From positions 7,502,001 through 7,566,000 of the forward strand of contig CM069133.1 in the NCBI GenBank assembly GCA_035221665.1: a stretch of 64,000 bases of DNA. Reading direction: 5' to 3'. Position 1 is the stretch's first letter; each line of letters opens with the position of its first letter. This stretch comes from Okamejei kenojei. Taxonomy: Eukaryota. The notes beneath the pieces were generated by a model. It searched no databases and was not told the origin of the DNA. It worked only from the letters and a program-made list of their open reading frames with translations. The position numbers and the translations under genes are program-made. This document shows positions 24,988 to 37,499 of this stretch, one piece after another.

Positions 24988-25492
24988 GTAAGAATACATC
25001 GTGGTGTCTCGGGTATTAGTGTAAAACATTCCAGGGCACACGGTGGTTAAAAACTTCACTGACATTGTAAAAGCCCATGTGTGGAAGAAAGTGCTGATGC
25101 TAGTTTACACCGAAAGTGGGATCACAAAATGCCGGTAGAACATCGGGTTTAGGCATCTCTAGATGCGGGAGGTTAGGCTCTCTAGAGATAAAGGAACGGT
25201 GACGATTCGGGTCGTGACTCTTCTTCGGCTAGTATTAGTGGAGGGGACACTGAAAGGTTGAGAATGTACAAAGTAAACGAAAGCCCATGATGCGATCTCT
25301 CATTTTTATTCACTGTGTTGTTTCTCTGCTCAGTGACTAGCAGTCGGTTCAAGACGATTTAGGACCACATTTCCTAGATCAAATCGGAAGCGATCGTGTA
25401 CACATTAAAGTTTGGGGGCGAATGATTGGTGTAAACCGTCCATCCGGTTAACTCTAGGAAATGGTTTTGTTCACTTTAATTATGTGCTACAG

Positions 25493-25815
25493 ATGATGGT
25501 CTGCGACGAACTGAAGATTACATATCCTTCCACCACAGTTGAACAAGAGTTAATGGAGATGACCGTGACGGTTAACCTGTCTGGTATCCGAATGGCCCCA
25601 ACCCTTTTTTATACGGTATCACAGTATTTGGAACCGCGAAAAGGTGCCTTTGGCATTAGAGATCCAGTCACACAGAACATGGGGATATCGTAGGAGAGCA
25701 AACTAAACATTTTTTCGACACGTGACTGGCCGGAGTGGGGATTATTTTGAATGACGTGGTGAGCCATGTTGATATGCCGCTCCTTAAAAAAACTGAACAA
25801 ATCAACTGGAAGAAA
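25493..25815 (+). CDS. IGHM: Immunoglobulin mu constant exon CH3 (indel-disrupted)
   Basis: CTACAG acceptor and GTGAG donor at 25816. Residues ILPP, VEQELMEMTVT, TCLVS, ESKLNI, STRDW, VVSHVDMP; compare shark [21 protein letters not shown]. Confidence 0.8.
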
Positions 25816-26024
25816 GTGAGCCGGGGTTGATGCATATAGGTTCTTGTGGCAGAATGTGCTGGTGCACATTTTTTTTGAGATAAAGCTTAAAATTTAATTG
25901 ATTGAGATCACTCCGTCGGAGGAAGGAAAAATATCTATGCATAATGAAATACTGCGTGGACCTTATGTCAAAAGATTAATTTTTCTTGTCAACATTTCCG
26001 CAAAAAAATTCCAGAGATTAGTCA

Positions 26025-28080
26025 AAATGATATTCCTTTATAAATCCATGTTGACTTGGACTATCCTTTTACTGCCTATCTAAATGCCCCTTATTACCAT
26101 AGATACATGGTGCAGAGGTAGGCCATTCGGCCCTTTCGCGCCTCTGCACCGCATTCAATATGATCTGGGCTGAAAAATTCATCCAACTCGGTATCCTGCA
26201 CCTGCCTTCTATCCATACCGATCCTTTAGCCAAAGGGCCACAAACCCTTAATATTAGCCAATGAAATGGGGGTCCTCAACTACCTTCTGTGGCAGTGATT
26301 TCCTGAGGAGTCTCACCACTCTGTGTGAATACTGTTTTCTATCTTGGTCTAAAGGAATCCCCTTTTCTTAGACTGTGACACCCTTGTTCTGGACCTCCCC
26401 AAAATTGAGGTGACTTCTTGATCTAGGCCTATCCCAACCACCTATGAAATTTTGTAAGTTACTATAAGATCCCCCCATCAGTCTTCTAATTCTAGTGAGT
26501 GTCAGACAAGTCTATCCAGTCTTTCCTCACATGAAAGTCTGAAATCCAGGAATCAGTGTGGTGGTACCTTCTCTGTACCCCCTTATGGCAAGAATGTCTT
26601 TCTTCGGATTTGGAGGAGGACCAAATGTGTACGCTTTATCCAGTGTGGGTATAACCACAATCCCTGTACAGTGCAGTAGAACCTCCCTGCCCTTGTATCA
26701 AAGCCCGTTTGCTATGGAGCCAACATACCCTCATTCGCTTTTTTCAAAGCTGCTGCACCTCATGCTACTTTCAAAGACTGGTGTGCCATGACACCCAGGT
26801 CTCGTTGAATCTCACCTTTTTCCAATCGGCACAATTCAGATAATAGTTACCCTCCTGTTTTTGCCACCATTGTGGATAACCTAAATTGAATCCACATTTT
26901 ACTGCATCTACCATGCATTTTGCCACTCACCCAGCCTATCCAGTCGCCTTGCAGAACTCCTAGCATACTCCTCACCCTATCACTACCCCCCATCTTCGGG
27001 TCATCCGCAAACTTGGGTGTGTTGCATTTCATTGCCTTGTCCAAATCATTAACTATATATGATAAAAAGTGGGGTCCCAGCACTGAGCCTTGCGGTACCC
27101 CACTAGTCACTGCCTGCATCTGAAAAAGGACCATTCAACTCCTACCCCTTTGTTACTGTCTGCCAGCCACTCAACACTGAACCCAATAACCTCTTTAATA
27201 ATTGAATCCTGATCTTTCCCACCACCGATGTCGGGCTAAAAACTGGTCTGTAATTCCCGTTTTCTCTCTCGCTCCCTTTCTTGTAAACATGGGATAACAT
27301 TAACTATCCTCCAATCGCAGGAACTGATCTGAATATTATTGAACATTGGAAAATTGTTCACCAATGCGTCCCACTATTTCTAGAGCCACCTCCCTGAGGA
27401 CCCTGGGATGCAGACCATCAGGCCCTGGGGATTTATCATCTTCAGTCCCATTAGGCCTACCCAATACTATTTCTCACCTAATGAACATTTCTTTCAGTTC
27501 CTCTACCCCCTTAGATCCCCATTCCCAGTACATCTGGGAGATTGTTTGTGTTCTTCCTCATAGTGAAAACAGATCGCGAAGTACCTGTTTTCAACTCTTC
27601 TGCCATTTTCCTTGTTCCCCTCTCATAATAATTTCACCCGTGTCTGCCTTCAAGGGACCCACATTTGACTTTGCTACTCTTTTTCCCTTAAATATCTAAA
27701 GAAGCTTTTACTGTTCTTTCTTATATTCCTGGCCAGCTTCCTCTCGTAACTTCATCTTTTCAGCCCGTATTGCCCGTTTTGTTTCCTTCTGTTGTCCTAT
27801 GAAATTTTCCCAATCCTCTGGCTTCCGGCCACTCTTTGCTGTGTTATACATTTTTTTCTTTTAGTCTTATTCTATCTCTGACTTCTCTTGTCATCCACAG
27901 TTGCTCCTACTCCTTTTTGGAATGAAGTGATCCTGTGTCTTCCTGATTTTGCCCAGAAATTCCTGCCATTGCTCTTCCACCGTCATTCCTGCCAGGATTC
28001 CCTTTGCAGACCACATTGGCCTACTCCTACCATCATGCCTACATAACCCCTTTTGTTCAACTGCTCACTGACACTCCGAT
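26025..28080 (-). mobile_element. CR1 LINE (ORF2 and 3' end) in the CH3-CH4 intron
   Basis: AVTSGVPQGSVLGP, KFADD motifs; 3'UTR at ~26100; same family as 2671-3737 and 58099-59608. Confidence 0.85.
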
Positions 28081-28179
28081 TTCATACAAATCTTTCTGCC
28101 GTTGCACTGGAGAGATTTCACATTCAGGTGTATATGTCTGAACAAAGAGGACAAGTCACAAAGAATGCAATACCGTTAA

Positions 28180-29085
28180 TAGTGGGTGTGTGCACGTAAG
28201 GTCATTGGGTCATGGGGCTTGACGCACCGAGCCGCTCATCCATCTGGAGGACATCGCAGCTTCCGGTATATGTCATTAATGCCAAGAAAAACGTGTACTT
28301 TCCTACCTGATAAAAACCGCCAAAATGTTGAATTTTTTGCGCTGTAAAAACATTGTGGAAGTCGGGCGTCGAGCGTGAGAGACGCGTACCCAACTTCAGA
28401 ATTCCAAAAGTGAATGAATGAAGGTAAAGAGAAGTGAGAGCTGAAGGGACAACAACCAGCTAAAGTGCTTGGCGGCATTGGCCATGCAGATATCGGAATT
28501 GAAAATATTGGGAATTATCACGTTTGCTCCTGCATTTCATCAACAGCAAGGCATCATTTGTGTTTTTTCTGATTCTTTGGTAACTAAAACGAAGAAAGTG
28601 ACTTTCTGGCTGTTGTAAATTTAGCTTCAGAGGCGTTTTTCTTTTTGTATGTAGGAACCCGAGAACCATGGGCGATTAAAAAAATTACAGCCAGATTTAT
28701 CACTTCTGAAATTTTTTAGATGCCAGAGGAATCAAGAAAAACCACAAATGCCTTAGTTGATGAAATGCTGTGGAGCAAATGGCTAATGTTGGCCAAGCAC
28801 TCTGGTGTTGTCCCTTCAGCTCTCGCTGTCTATCTACCATCATTTCTCCTCACTTTTGGAAATTTCTGAAGTAGGCTAAAATGGTCTCTCACTCTTATTC
28901 CCGATTTCATAATTATTTACAGCGCAAAAATAGACAATTTCGACGGTCGGGTTTTAACGGGCCCGCTACGTTGGGAAACATGGTCGAGCTACCTGCAGTT
29001 CATCGCGTGTACTCCAGTTGGCTAGTAGCGCGTGGCAGCAGTAAGGGTCACGGGTCGTGACCCGACTGCCGTGAAAACCTTCCTA
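28180..29085. mobile_element. Non-autonomous TIR DNA transposon (MITE), copy 1
   Basis: Colinear with 34969-35707; ends ...GCCGTGAAAACCTTCCTA; contains internal inverted segments. Confidence 0.75.
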
Positions 29086-29115
29086 TAAATAAACGCCATT
29101 GAAATTGTCCCGTAG

Positions 29116-29523
29116 GTCAACATCTGCTGACACCGTCCGTCTCAGTCCTTCTGCCGCCGACAGAAGAGATCTCTGCGCACAAGACTATCACCCTCACCTG
29201 CTTTGTGAGAGGATTCTCTCCTCGCAGGGTCTTCGTAACGTGGACACATGATGGACAAGCGGGTGGATAGGAGCAAGTACAGGAACACTGAGGTGGCGGC
29301 GGAGCCGAGAGCGACGGCAAAGAAACCTTCTTCACCTACAGCCTGTTATCCGTTGGGGCAGAGGGCAGTGGGCGAGCGGAGCCTCCTTCTCCTGTCTGGT
29401 GGGGCACGAAGCGCTCCCCATGAAGACCATCGTCAGAAAGTCGGTCAATAAGTCCAGCGGTAAACCCAGTTTTGTCAACGTTTCCCTTGTATTGATGGAC
29501 ACTGTCAATTCCTGTCTCAATAA
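29116..29523 (+). CDS. IGHM: Immunoglobulin mu constant exon CH4 plus secretory tailpiece
   Basis: CCCGTAG acceptor. [41 protein letters not shown] / SKYRNTEV / [10 protein letters not shown] / [49 protein letters not shown]. Internal G|GTAAA donor (29459/60) for the membrane form. A few homopolymer indels. Confidence 0.93.
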
Positions 29524-29571
29524 GAATGAATTCGTTTCAATTTTCTCTGAATTAAAATACTAAAAAAAAAA

Positions 29572-29577
29572 AATAAA
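29572..29577 (+). promoter_or_regulatory. Polyadenylation signal for secreted mu transcript
   Basis: AATAAA ~50 nt after the tailpiece stop (ATTAAA also at 29551). Confidence 0.65.
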
Positions 29578-30220
29578 ATACATTTAACTTCCAATCTTGA
29601 GCTGAACACATGGCCCGCCCAATTAATTATGTAGGAAATTTGCCAAAACGATGACTATATATTAAACGTTGATACTTGATTATCTTGGCGACCATTCAAC
29701 GGAAAACGGATGCAGACTGCGCGCACAGTAACACCGAGCAGTTTTGGAGATAAGTCAACCAGCCGCACGGACACACTTCAACATTATTGCTCTTGCTGCG
29801 CAGATATGGGTCCATGCGTCTGTGGATCTCCATTTCTCTCCTGCCTACTGTTTCCAATCCATGCCGCTCCGAGAAAAAAAAAGTAGCAACTCGCCCTCCT
29901 CCACCCGCATGAGGGGAACTTGTTAATTTTCCGTTTGCGTCTGCACGCATATTTCTGCACACATTTCTATTTTCACACATAGATTGAAATGCGCATTCAA
30001 TGTCTTATTTATGTGAACGATCATCTGCACAATCACGTGTAACGTTTACATAGTGCCATGTACTCAACATATTTGCACACTTGCACGAGGATTAACAATA
30101 TAAACACACACACGCACGCACGCACACAAACGCGCCCCAAAAAGAAGGAATGAGAGTCGAACCTCCATATAATTAATGAAAGTCTTCAGGAACGCAGTCC
30201 AAACAGCCGTTACCAATGCA

Positions 30221-30570
30221 ATAACCATATAACAATTACAGCATGGAAACAGGCCATCTGGCCCTTCTAGTCCGTGCCGAACACTTACTCTCACCTAGTC
30301 CCATCTATCTGCACCCAGACCATAACCCTCCGTTCCTTTCCCGTCCATATACCTATCCAATTTATTTTTAGAAACATAGAAAATAGGTGCAGGAGGCGGC
30401 CATTCGGCCCTTCGAGCCTGCACCGCCATTCATTGTGATCACGGATGATCGTCGCTGTCAATAAAACCCGTGCCTGCCTTCTCCCCTATCCTTGACTCCA
30501 TAGCCCCTAGAGCTCTATCCAACTCTCTCTTAAATCTCTCTCTTAAATCCATCCAGTGATTTGGCCTCCT
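30221..30570 (-). mobile_element. Two abutting CR1 3' ends of different subfamilies
   Basis: A (TAACCATA)-tailed 3'UTR at 30221-30369, then an AGAAACAT-tailed 3'UTR at 30370-30570. Confidence 0.75.
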
Positions 30571-31099
30571 TTAAATGATAAAAATGAAAGCAACGTAATT
30601 CCAAGTACAACTAAGTGCAACTTAAAGCTCGGAATAAAGTGTCACCAGATTAGATTATTCCCATGAAGAAGTGGGCCATTTAATTTCGGGTCGAGAATTA
30701 TGTGGCGCTCAGTTAATAAACGGGCATCGCTCCTGATAGTGGTGTGCAGGCGATTGATGGGATAACCGCTATGACTGGCTGGTGAGAACACGAACTTCGA
30801 GCCCAGTATCAGATGCAGCGAGAGATTTATTAGCACACGGCTCGAGCATTAGACAAGGGCAACTCCGTTTCCATCTCTCCCCCTGATGTACACGGAGTAC
30901 ACTCGTCACAAAGCATCAGCCAGCGCACGGAAATAAAATAATTTATGGGTCGGATAGAAACATACATGAAACGTAATTAACGACATAATACACCATAGTA
31001 CATGGACATGCAGCTGAACAGACCAGCAATCAAACATTCTGTAAAATACAAAATAATAGGAACGGTTATCTAAAAGCGCATATTTACACAATATAAAAC

Positions 31100-31316
31100 A
31101 CATGAAAATACAACACAAATACACGCACACACACGCACCCACACACACACACACACTCGCATACACCAGGCACACACTCACAATCACACTCACGCGCAAA
31201 CACACACACAAACATACTGGCACACACCCACACGCACCCACACACACCCACACACACACCACACACACACCCACACACACGCGCACAACACACACACGCA
31301 CGCACACACACACAAC
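31100..31316. repeat. Imperfect (CA)n microsatellite
   Basis: CA/CG dinucleotide tract. Confidence 0.9.
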
Positions 31317-32044
31317 CATGAACCAATACGAAAACCTATGTTAGGATTTAAGCAAACTTATACTTATTCGCACACGCCTACCCAGTTACAGGCAAATGGA
31401 AGGGCAATTCAGATCATTTAACCAGTAGTTTTCCACGCGTTCCAAAAGACTAAGTGTAACCGTAGATTAATTCATTGCTCCATATTTTACACCAGAAAAA
31501 ATATTGCCTATTAAATAGTTTTAAAAGCTATTTTTGTACACAAGCCTTCTTCCATTAGCTATCCGAAAACAGGATACAATCAGACAACAGGGTTCTAATG
31601 TGGGAATTATGGCAAATTGTTGGGAGCCAATGTTTTGCATTCAGTGAGTTCCTTCGCCGAGCTCGGTCACCATCTCCAAATAAAGGTTTAAGATAACATT
31701 GTAAGCAATAACCAGTTTCCATTTTTATACCATCTCGGTTAGTAAATTATTATTAATGGCAAGCGGACGTTTATAAGAATGAACAATTAATCCCAGAGAA
31801 AGATAAATACACATGGCTTTCTCTAAAACTATTCATAAACGATTCTTTATTGGATGCTGCTGTGGTTACAAATGGCCATTATTTTGTATATATTTATTGA
31901 GGGTGATTACCTCAACGTAAAAACAGTTCATAATAAATCAATATCCCAATATTATTATTCGTATTGTTTTGGTGAGTAATACATAAAAAACAATGTTCAA
32001 TATTAGAATATATTGTGAACGTCTTCGCGTTCTGCTTTGCGTAG

Positions 32045-32176
32045 ATTACGCCGACGATGTTCGTCTTGGAGGACTTCGAGGAAGACAGAGACAACATCTG
32101 GACAACCGCTTCCACATTCATTAATCCTGTTCTTCCTGAGCAATTTCCTATGGGCGCTGCCGTAACTCTGGTGAAG
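32045..32176 (+). CDS. IGHM: Immunoglobulin mu transmembrane exon TM1
   Basis: TTTGCGTAG acceptor and AAG|GTCAGT donor. EDFEEDRDNIWTTASTFI-ILFFLS-ISYG-AAVTLVK (conserved antigen-receptor TM motif), with single-base indels. Confidence 0.92.
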
Positions 32177-32294
32177 GTCAGTTCATTCCACTTACTTTTC
32201 CACCTGATTGAAAGAGTCGGGCAAAATATATAGATTATCGTACTCTTTGAATGTCCTGGTATCTTAGTCACAGACTGCTAATGCACTTTCATAT

Positions 32295-32740
32295 TAGAAA
32301 CATAGAAAATAGGTGCAGGAGTAAGCCATTCGGCCCTACGTGCCTGCACCGCCATTCAATATGATCATGGCTGATCATCCAACTCAGTATCCTGTACCTG
32401 CCTTCTCTCCATACCCCCTGATCCCTCTAGCCACAAGGGCCACATCTAACTCCCTCTTAAATATAGCCAATGAACTGGCCTCAACAACCTTCTGTGGCAG
32501 AGAATTCTAGAGATTCACCACTCTCTCTGTTTTTCACATCTAGCTCCTAAAAGATTTCCCCCCTTATCCTTAAACTGTGACCCTTGTTCTGGACTTCCCC
32601 AACATCGGGAACAATCTTCCTGCATCTAGCCTGTCCAACCCCTTAAGAATTTTGTAAGTTTCTATAGATCCCCCCTCAATCTTCTAAATTCTAGCGAGTA
32701 CAAGCCGAGTCTATCCAGTCTTTCTTCATATCAAAGTCCA
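32295..32740 (-). mobile_element. CR1 3' fragment in the TM1-TM2 intron
   Basis: AGAAACATAGAAAATAGGTGCAGGAG tail/3'UTR plus RT C-terminus. Confidence 0.85.
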
Positions 32741-32770
32741 TATAAACCATATTCTCTCCCTCTCTTTACA

Positions 32771-32779
32771 GTCAAGTGA
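32771..32779 (+). CDS. IGHM: Immunoglobulin mu TM2 exon (Val-Lys-stop)
   Basis: Polypyrimidine tract, then TTTACAG/GTC AAG TGA, completing the KVK cytoplasmic tail. One G appears shared or missing at the acceptor. Confidence 0.7.
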   Translation, partial: VK

Positions 32780-33836
32780 TGAATGAATGCTGAAAATCGC
32801 GTATTTTTCTGACCGGTCCATGGATAATATCCGTTGTAACCAAGGGAAATGTTCCAATCTGAAACGGACAATATCATAAGCAATAGTTCATTCTGTCGAT
32901 CTGACTTGTTTGATATTGTTTAGTTGCCTTTAGTATAGCGTTAATGTATCAAATTGTAATCGTAATTTGAATATCATGTGAAAATAAGTCGGTTTTCTCA
33001 AACGGTATACATGTTGTTTTTTTAAACTGTTTTTCTATACATTCTCTTTTTCTTTTACATGGGTCATATTCGTGTCATTCGGCGTTGAATGCCGTTGTAT
33101 AGAATTGCGTGACATCGCAAACTTCATGTAAATTCAGACACACCATCTATGCCTGTCATTATTCTAAAAACTTCTATCGGGTCTTCCTTCAACCTCCCTC
33201 CGAAGCTCCAAAGAAAATAATCGATGTTTAGCTCGTCACTTCTTATAGCTAATAACTTTAACCTTGCAGCATTTTAGTAAACCTTCTTCTGCATCTTCTC
33301 CAAAGCCTCTACATTATTCCTTCGAAGGGACTACCTGACCTCCACACTATACTCCAAGTGCGGCCTAACTGAGGTCCCATAAATAAAATGTAATGTAAAT
33401 GCATGTGTAAATACATACCCGAAAAAATCCAAATGCGTGCACACATTCCGTGTATGAGAAAATATCTCTTTACTCCTTTTTCTGCACAATTGTCCTCTCC
33501 ATAATTCAGAGCTAATCTTCGACTCGAGCTAAATGTTGAGTGTACCTGTTGTCATGTGGTCAGTTGTTTTGACCACTTTGTGTTATGCTTTTAAAAGCTT
33601 CTCTGTACTATATTTTCTGTGAAATTACAAATAAAAGCGGAACTACATAAAGCCGAACCTGGTTTGCTATGTTCGTTTCTCGAAGGAACCAGCACCTGGA
33701 GCTAAATACGCTCTCGTATTTCTTCATGCTCCACCATTTGCCCAAAGATAGTTTCTCTCAAATCGCCACTGGCTGGTAGAATAGGAATCACTTCGATTGT
33801 GCAGCCATTGCGCGCTCGGGTGTCTGATAACGTTAA

Positions 33837-34103
33837 TGCTCCTGTCCCACTTAGGAAACCTCTGGAGACTTTGCGTCCCACCCAAGGTTTCCGTGCGGTT
33901 CCCGGAGTTTTTTGTCAGTCTCTCTAATGGTCGAAAGCGGTTTCCGTTTTAAAAATCGGTAATTGTTTAGTCGAAGCTGATTGCGATGCTAGATGAAGGT
34001 GGTTGCCGCTCCGGGAACCGCACGGAAACCTTGGGTGGGGTGTAAAGTCTCCAGAGGTTTCCGTTCAGGTTTCCGTTCAGGTTTCCTAAGTGGGACAGGG
34101 GCA
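33837..34103. mobile_element. PIF/Harbinger-type palindromic MITE
   Basis: TIR TGCYCCTGTCCCACTTAGGAAACC with long inner inverted arms; flanked by TAA and TTA (TWA target). Confidence 0.8.
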
Positions 34104-34968
34104 TTAGGTCATATATATTTGAGTGCATTTTATGGCAAAGTTCCAGGAGAAACTTTTCGCAACCGCCCCTTATACAGTGACTATCTTCGACAAATAGGTC
34201 GTCATGACGAACTGTCTGCTCCACCAAGCACTAAGCAATATCACAATACCTTCTTATATGTCTGTCGAGTATTCAGAAAAATGTTTCAAAGCAACGAATG
34301 TGCACTTGATGCAGCCAACACCGTCAGAGAGACCAGCAAAGTACGTGGGTATGATTCTGGGTATGGAGTCTAGAACGGGCAAGAGATAAGGATAGACATT
34401 AAGAATTAATCGTCAGCATCTGGAAATAGCTGGGATCACATTACACCAACGGATGGTAAATGAGTTCAGATCGATTTGCCTCGTAACCATCTTGGTTACG
34501 CTTTCACTTCGACGTTGTTGCGGCCTTTGATGGCGAGGAGTGAGGGAATATCGCCCCCAAATAAGAATAGTCCATACGGAGACACAAGCGATGCAATCTA
34601 CTTGTCCACTAGTTGGGTATCATGGACTAGTCTCGTTTGGTTGCATTTGGCCCATTTCAGCGCATTATCAGGGTAACTGCGACTACAGTTATTGGGCCCA
34701 GTGTAATTTGTATAGAGATTGGGCCTACTTTCCGTGGCTTAATGCAAGACCAACTCTGTGTGCTTTGTGTTTCCGGACCTTAGGTTGTTTGAATATTGAG
34801 TGGGTCTGTCGTCATAGGGCCCAATGTCGGGCCTGTGTTCCCTCCAGATCTACCACCCTTAGGAGAGATAGAGCATATTTTAGAAGTTTTGCCACCAAAG
34901 TTAAATCAGTAACATGACGTGAAAAGACTTATTCGGCACCAGGGCCGAGTTGAGTCCCTTAATGGGTA

Positions 34969-35707
34969 TAGGGGGGTTGCACGTAAGGTCACTGGGTCAT
35001 AGGGCTTGATGCACTGAGCCGCTTAATCCATCTGGAGGACATCCATAACTTCCGGTATTTGTTATTAATGCAAGAAACGCATACTTTCCAACCTGTTAAA
35101 AACCGCCAAAATGTTGAATTTTTGCACTTTAAAAAATTGTGGAAGTCGGGGTAAGCGTGAAAGACATGTACCCACCTTCAGAATTCCAAAAGTGAAGCGA
35201 AAATGATGGTAAAGAATATCTAAAAAAGTCTCAGAAGTGATAAATCTGGCTGTAAATTTTGCTTCAGAGGCGTTTTCTTTTTGTATGTAAAAACCCACTT
35301 GAGAACCATGGGCGATTTTTAAATTTTACAGCCAGATTTATCACTTCTGAAACTTTTTAGATGCCAAAGGAATCAAGAAAAAAACACAAATAATGCCTTA
35401 GTTGATGAAATGCATTGAGCAAACGGGCAATGTTCGCCAAGCCCTCTGGCTGTTGTCCCTTCAGCTCTCATTACTATCTACTGTCATTTCTCCTCACTTT
35501 TGGAATTCTGAAGTAGGCTAAATGCCTCTCGCGCTTATCCCGATTTCCATAATTATTTACAGCGCAATAATTGACAATTTAACGGGCCCCCTACGCTGGA
35601 AACAATGGTCAGTGCTTACCTGCAGTTCATCGCGTGTACTCCAGTTGGCGTAGCGTAGCAACAGTATGGGTCATGGGTCGTGACCCGACTGCCGTGAAAC
35701 TTCCCTA
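34969..35707. mobile_element. Non-autonomous TIR DNA transposon (MITE), copy 2
   Basis: Imperfect TIRs TAGGGGGGTTGCACG / CGTGAAACTTCCCTA with TA on each side; internal inverted AGAAGTGATAAATCTGGCTGTAAA arms. Confidence 0.8.
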
Positions 35708-35851
35708 TAAACGTGCACCTGATGTGCTTAGATTCTCGCAGAGGCTCTTGGGAATAGTTTGGCAGAAGCAGGTCATACCAAGGGTTTGGAGGAGGGCAGG
35801 TCCACGACTAAAAAAGGTTGTGAATTAGATTGTGGAAGTGGGACAGGCCCT

Positions 35852-36100
35852 TTACAGTGCCAGACACCAGGGTTCAATCCTGACTGGGTGCTGTCTGTAT
35901 GGAGTTTGTAAGTTCATCCCATGGCCGTGTGGGTTTTCTCCCAAACTCCTAAGACATACAGGTTTCCAGGTTAATTGGCTTTAGAAAGACGTAACATTGT
36001 CCCTAATGTGTGTAGGTTAGTGTGCAGAGCGATCGCTGGTCGGAGCAGACTCGGTGAGCTGAAAGGCCTGTTTGTGCGCAGTTTCTCTGGTCTAAAGTAA
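35852..36100 (+). mobile_element. tRNA-derived V-SINE (HE1-like), 5'-truncated
   Basis: B-box GGTTCAATCC, V-domain-like TGTATGGAGTTTG..GTGGGTTTTCTCC, CR1-like 3' GGCCTGTTT tail. Confidence 0.7.
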
Positions 36101-36129
36101 AATGTATTAAAAAAAAAAAAAAATTTTTT

Positions 36130-37317
36130 AAATCATGACAAACATCGATGAGGTAGACGGTCAGAACGAGTTTCCCTGGATGGAAATATCAAATATCAAA
36201 CAGCCTGGCAGTATTTGGTACATGGATGAGGGGGGCAAGGTTTGAAGGAGATGCACGGCACGTTTTGTAAGAGAGTTTTAGGTTGTAGGAAGAGAGCGGA
36301 GTCAGGGGATATGGGGAGAAAGTGGGAACGGGGTACAGATTGGGGATGATCAGCCATGATCACATTGAATGGCGGTGCTGGCTCGAAGGGCCGAATAGCT
36401 GACTCCTGCACCTATTGTCTATTGAACAGAATTGGGCATTTGGCATCGAGTCTACTCTGCCATTCAATCATAGCTGGTCTATTCCTCTCAACTACATTCT
36501 CCTGCCTACTCCCCATAACCCCTGACACCTGCACTAAACAAGAATCTTATCAACCTCCACCTTAAAAATATCCATTGACGTGGCCTCCACAGCCTTTTGC
36601 AGAAAGATTTCCACAGAGTCATCTCCCGCCGACTAAAGATATTTCTCCTCGTCTCCTTCCTGAAGCTTCTAAGGAAGACCAGAACTTATTAGTGGGGTTT
36701 CCTGAGAGGCCAATTGTTGGCTAGGGACAGTGTGATCCCAAGAGAGTGGCGAGTCTGTGATTCTCACAGAGAGTGTTGAGTCTGTGGAATTGTCTGCCTC
36801 AGAGGGCGGTGGAGGCAGGTTCTCTGGATGCTTTCAAGAGCTAGATAGGGGTCTTAAAGATAGCAGAGTCAGGGGATCTGGGGAGAAGGCAGGAACGGGG
36901 TACTGATTGGGGATGATCAGCCATGACCACATTGAATGGCAGCGCTGACTCAAAGGGCCAAATGGCCTGCTCCTGCACCTTTTGTCTATTGTCTAAGAGG
37001 GATGATTCTTTGCAAACTCAAACTGGCTAACCATTTTTTAGTGAATGAAGGGGGGGGGGGCAGGGAAGTGATGTTTCAGGTTGGGACCCTTCTTGATTGG
37101 GCGGTGACAGTTGCAGTGGGAGGGGGGTAAGGAAGAGACAATTTCACCCCTTCCACTACAAGACGGTTAACCAGTTCACAGCGATGTCTCCCTTTTGAAT
37201 ATGGGGAGAAGGCAGGAACGGGGTACTGATTGGGGATCAGCCATGATCACATTGAATGGCGGTGCTGGCTCAAAGGGCCGAATGGCCTCCTGCACCTATT
37301 TTCTATGTTTCTATGTT
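36130..37317. mobile_element. Patchwork of short CR1 3' fragments
   Basis: Repeated GATCAGCCATGATCACATTGAATGGCGGTGCTGGCTC 3'UTR at ~36350, ~36915 and ~37236. Confidence 0.8.
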
Positions 37318-37499
37318 TTGGTATCAATCATCGTCGTTAGCCAACAATCTGCCTATCAGGGAACCACTCCTGCCTGGAGGAGGATCAACACAACTGACTT
37401 CAGTCGGAAGATGTAGACACAAGGATCGGCAGATGCTGGAATGTAGCTGAGAGCACAAAGTACTGGAATAACTGGGATTGAGGAAGTTCCCGACCCAAA

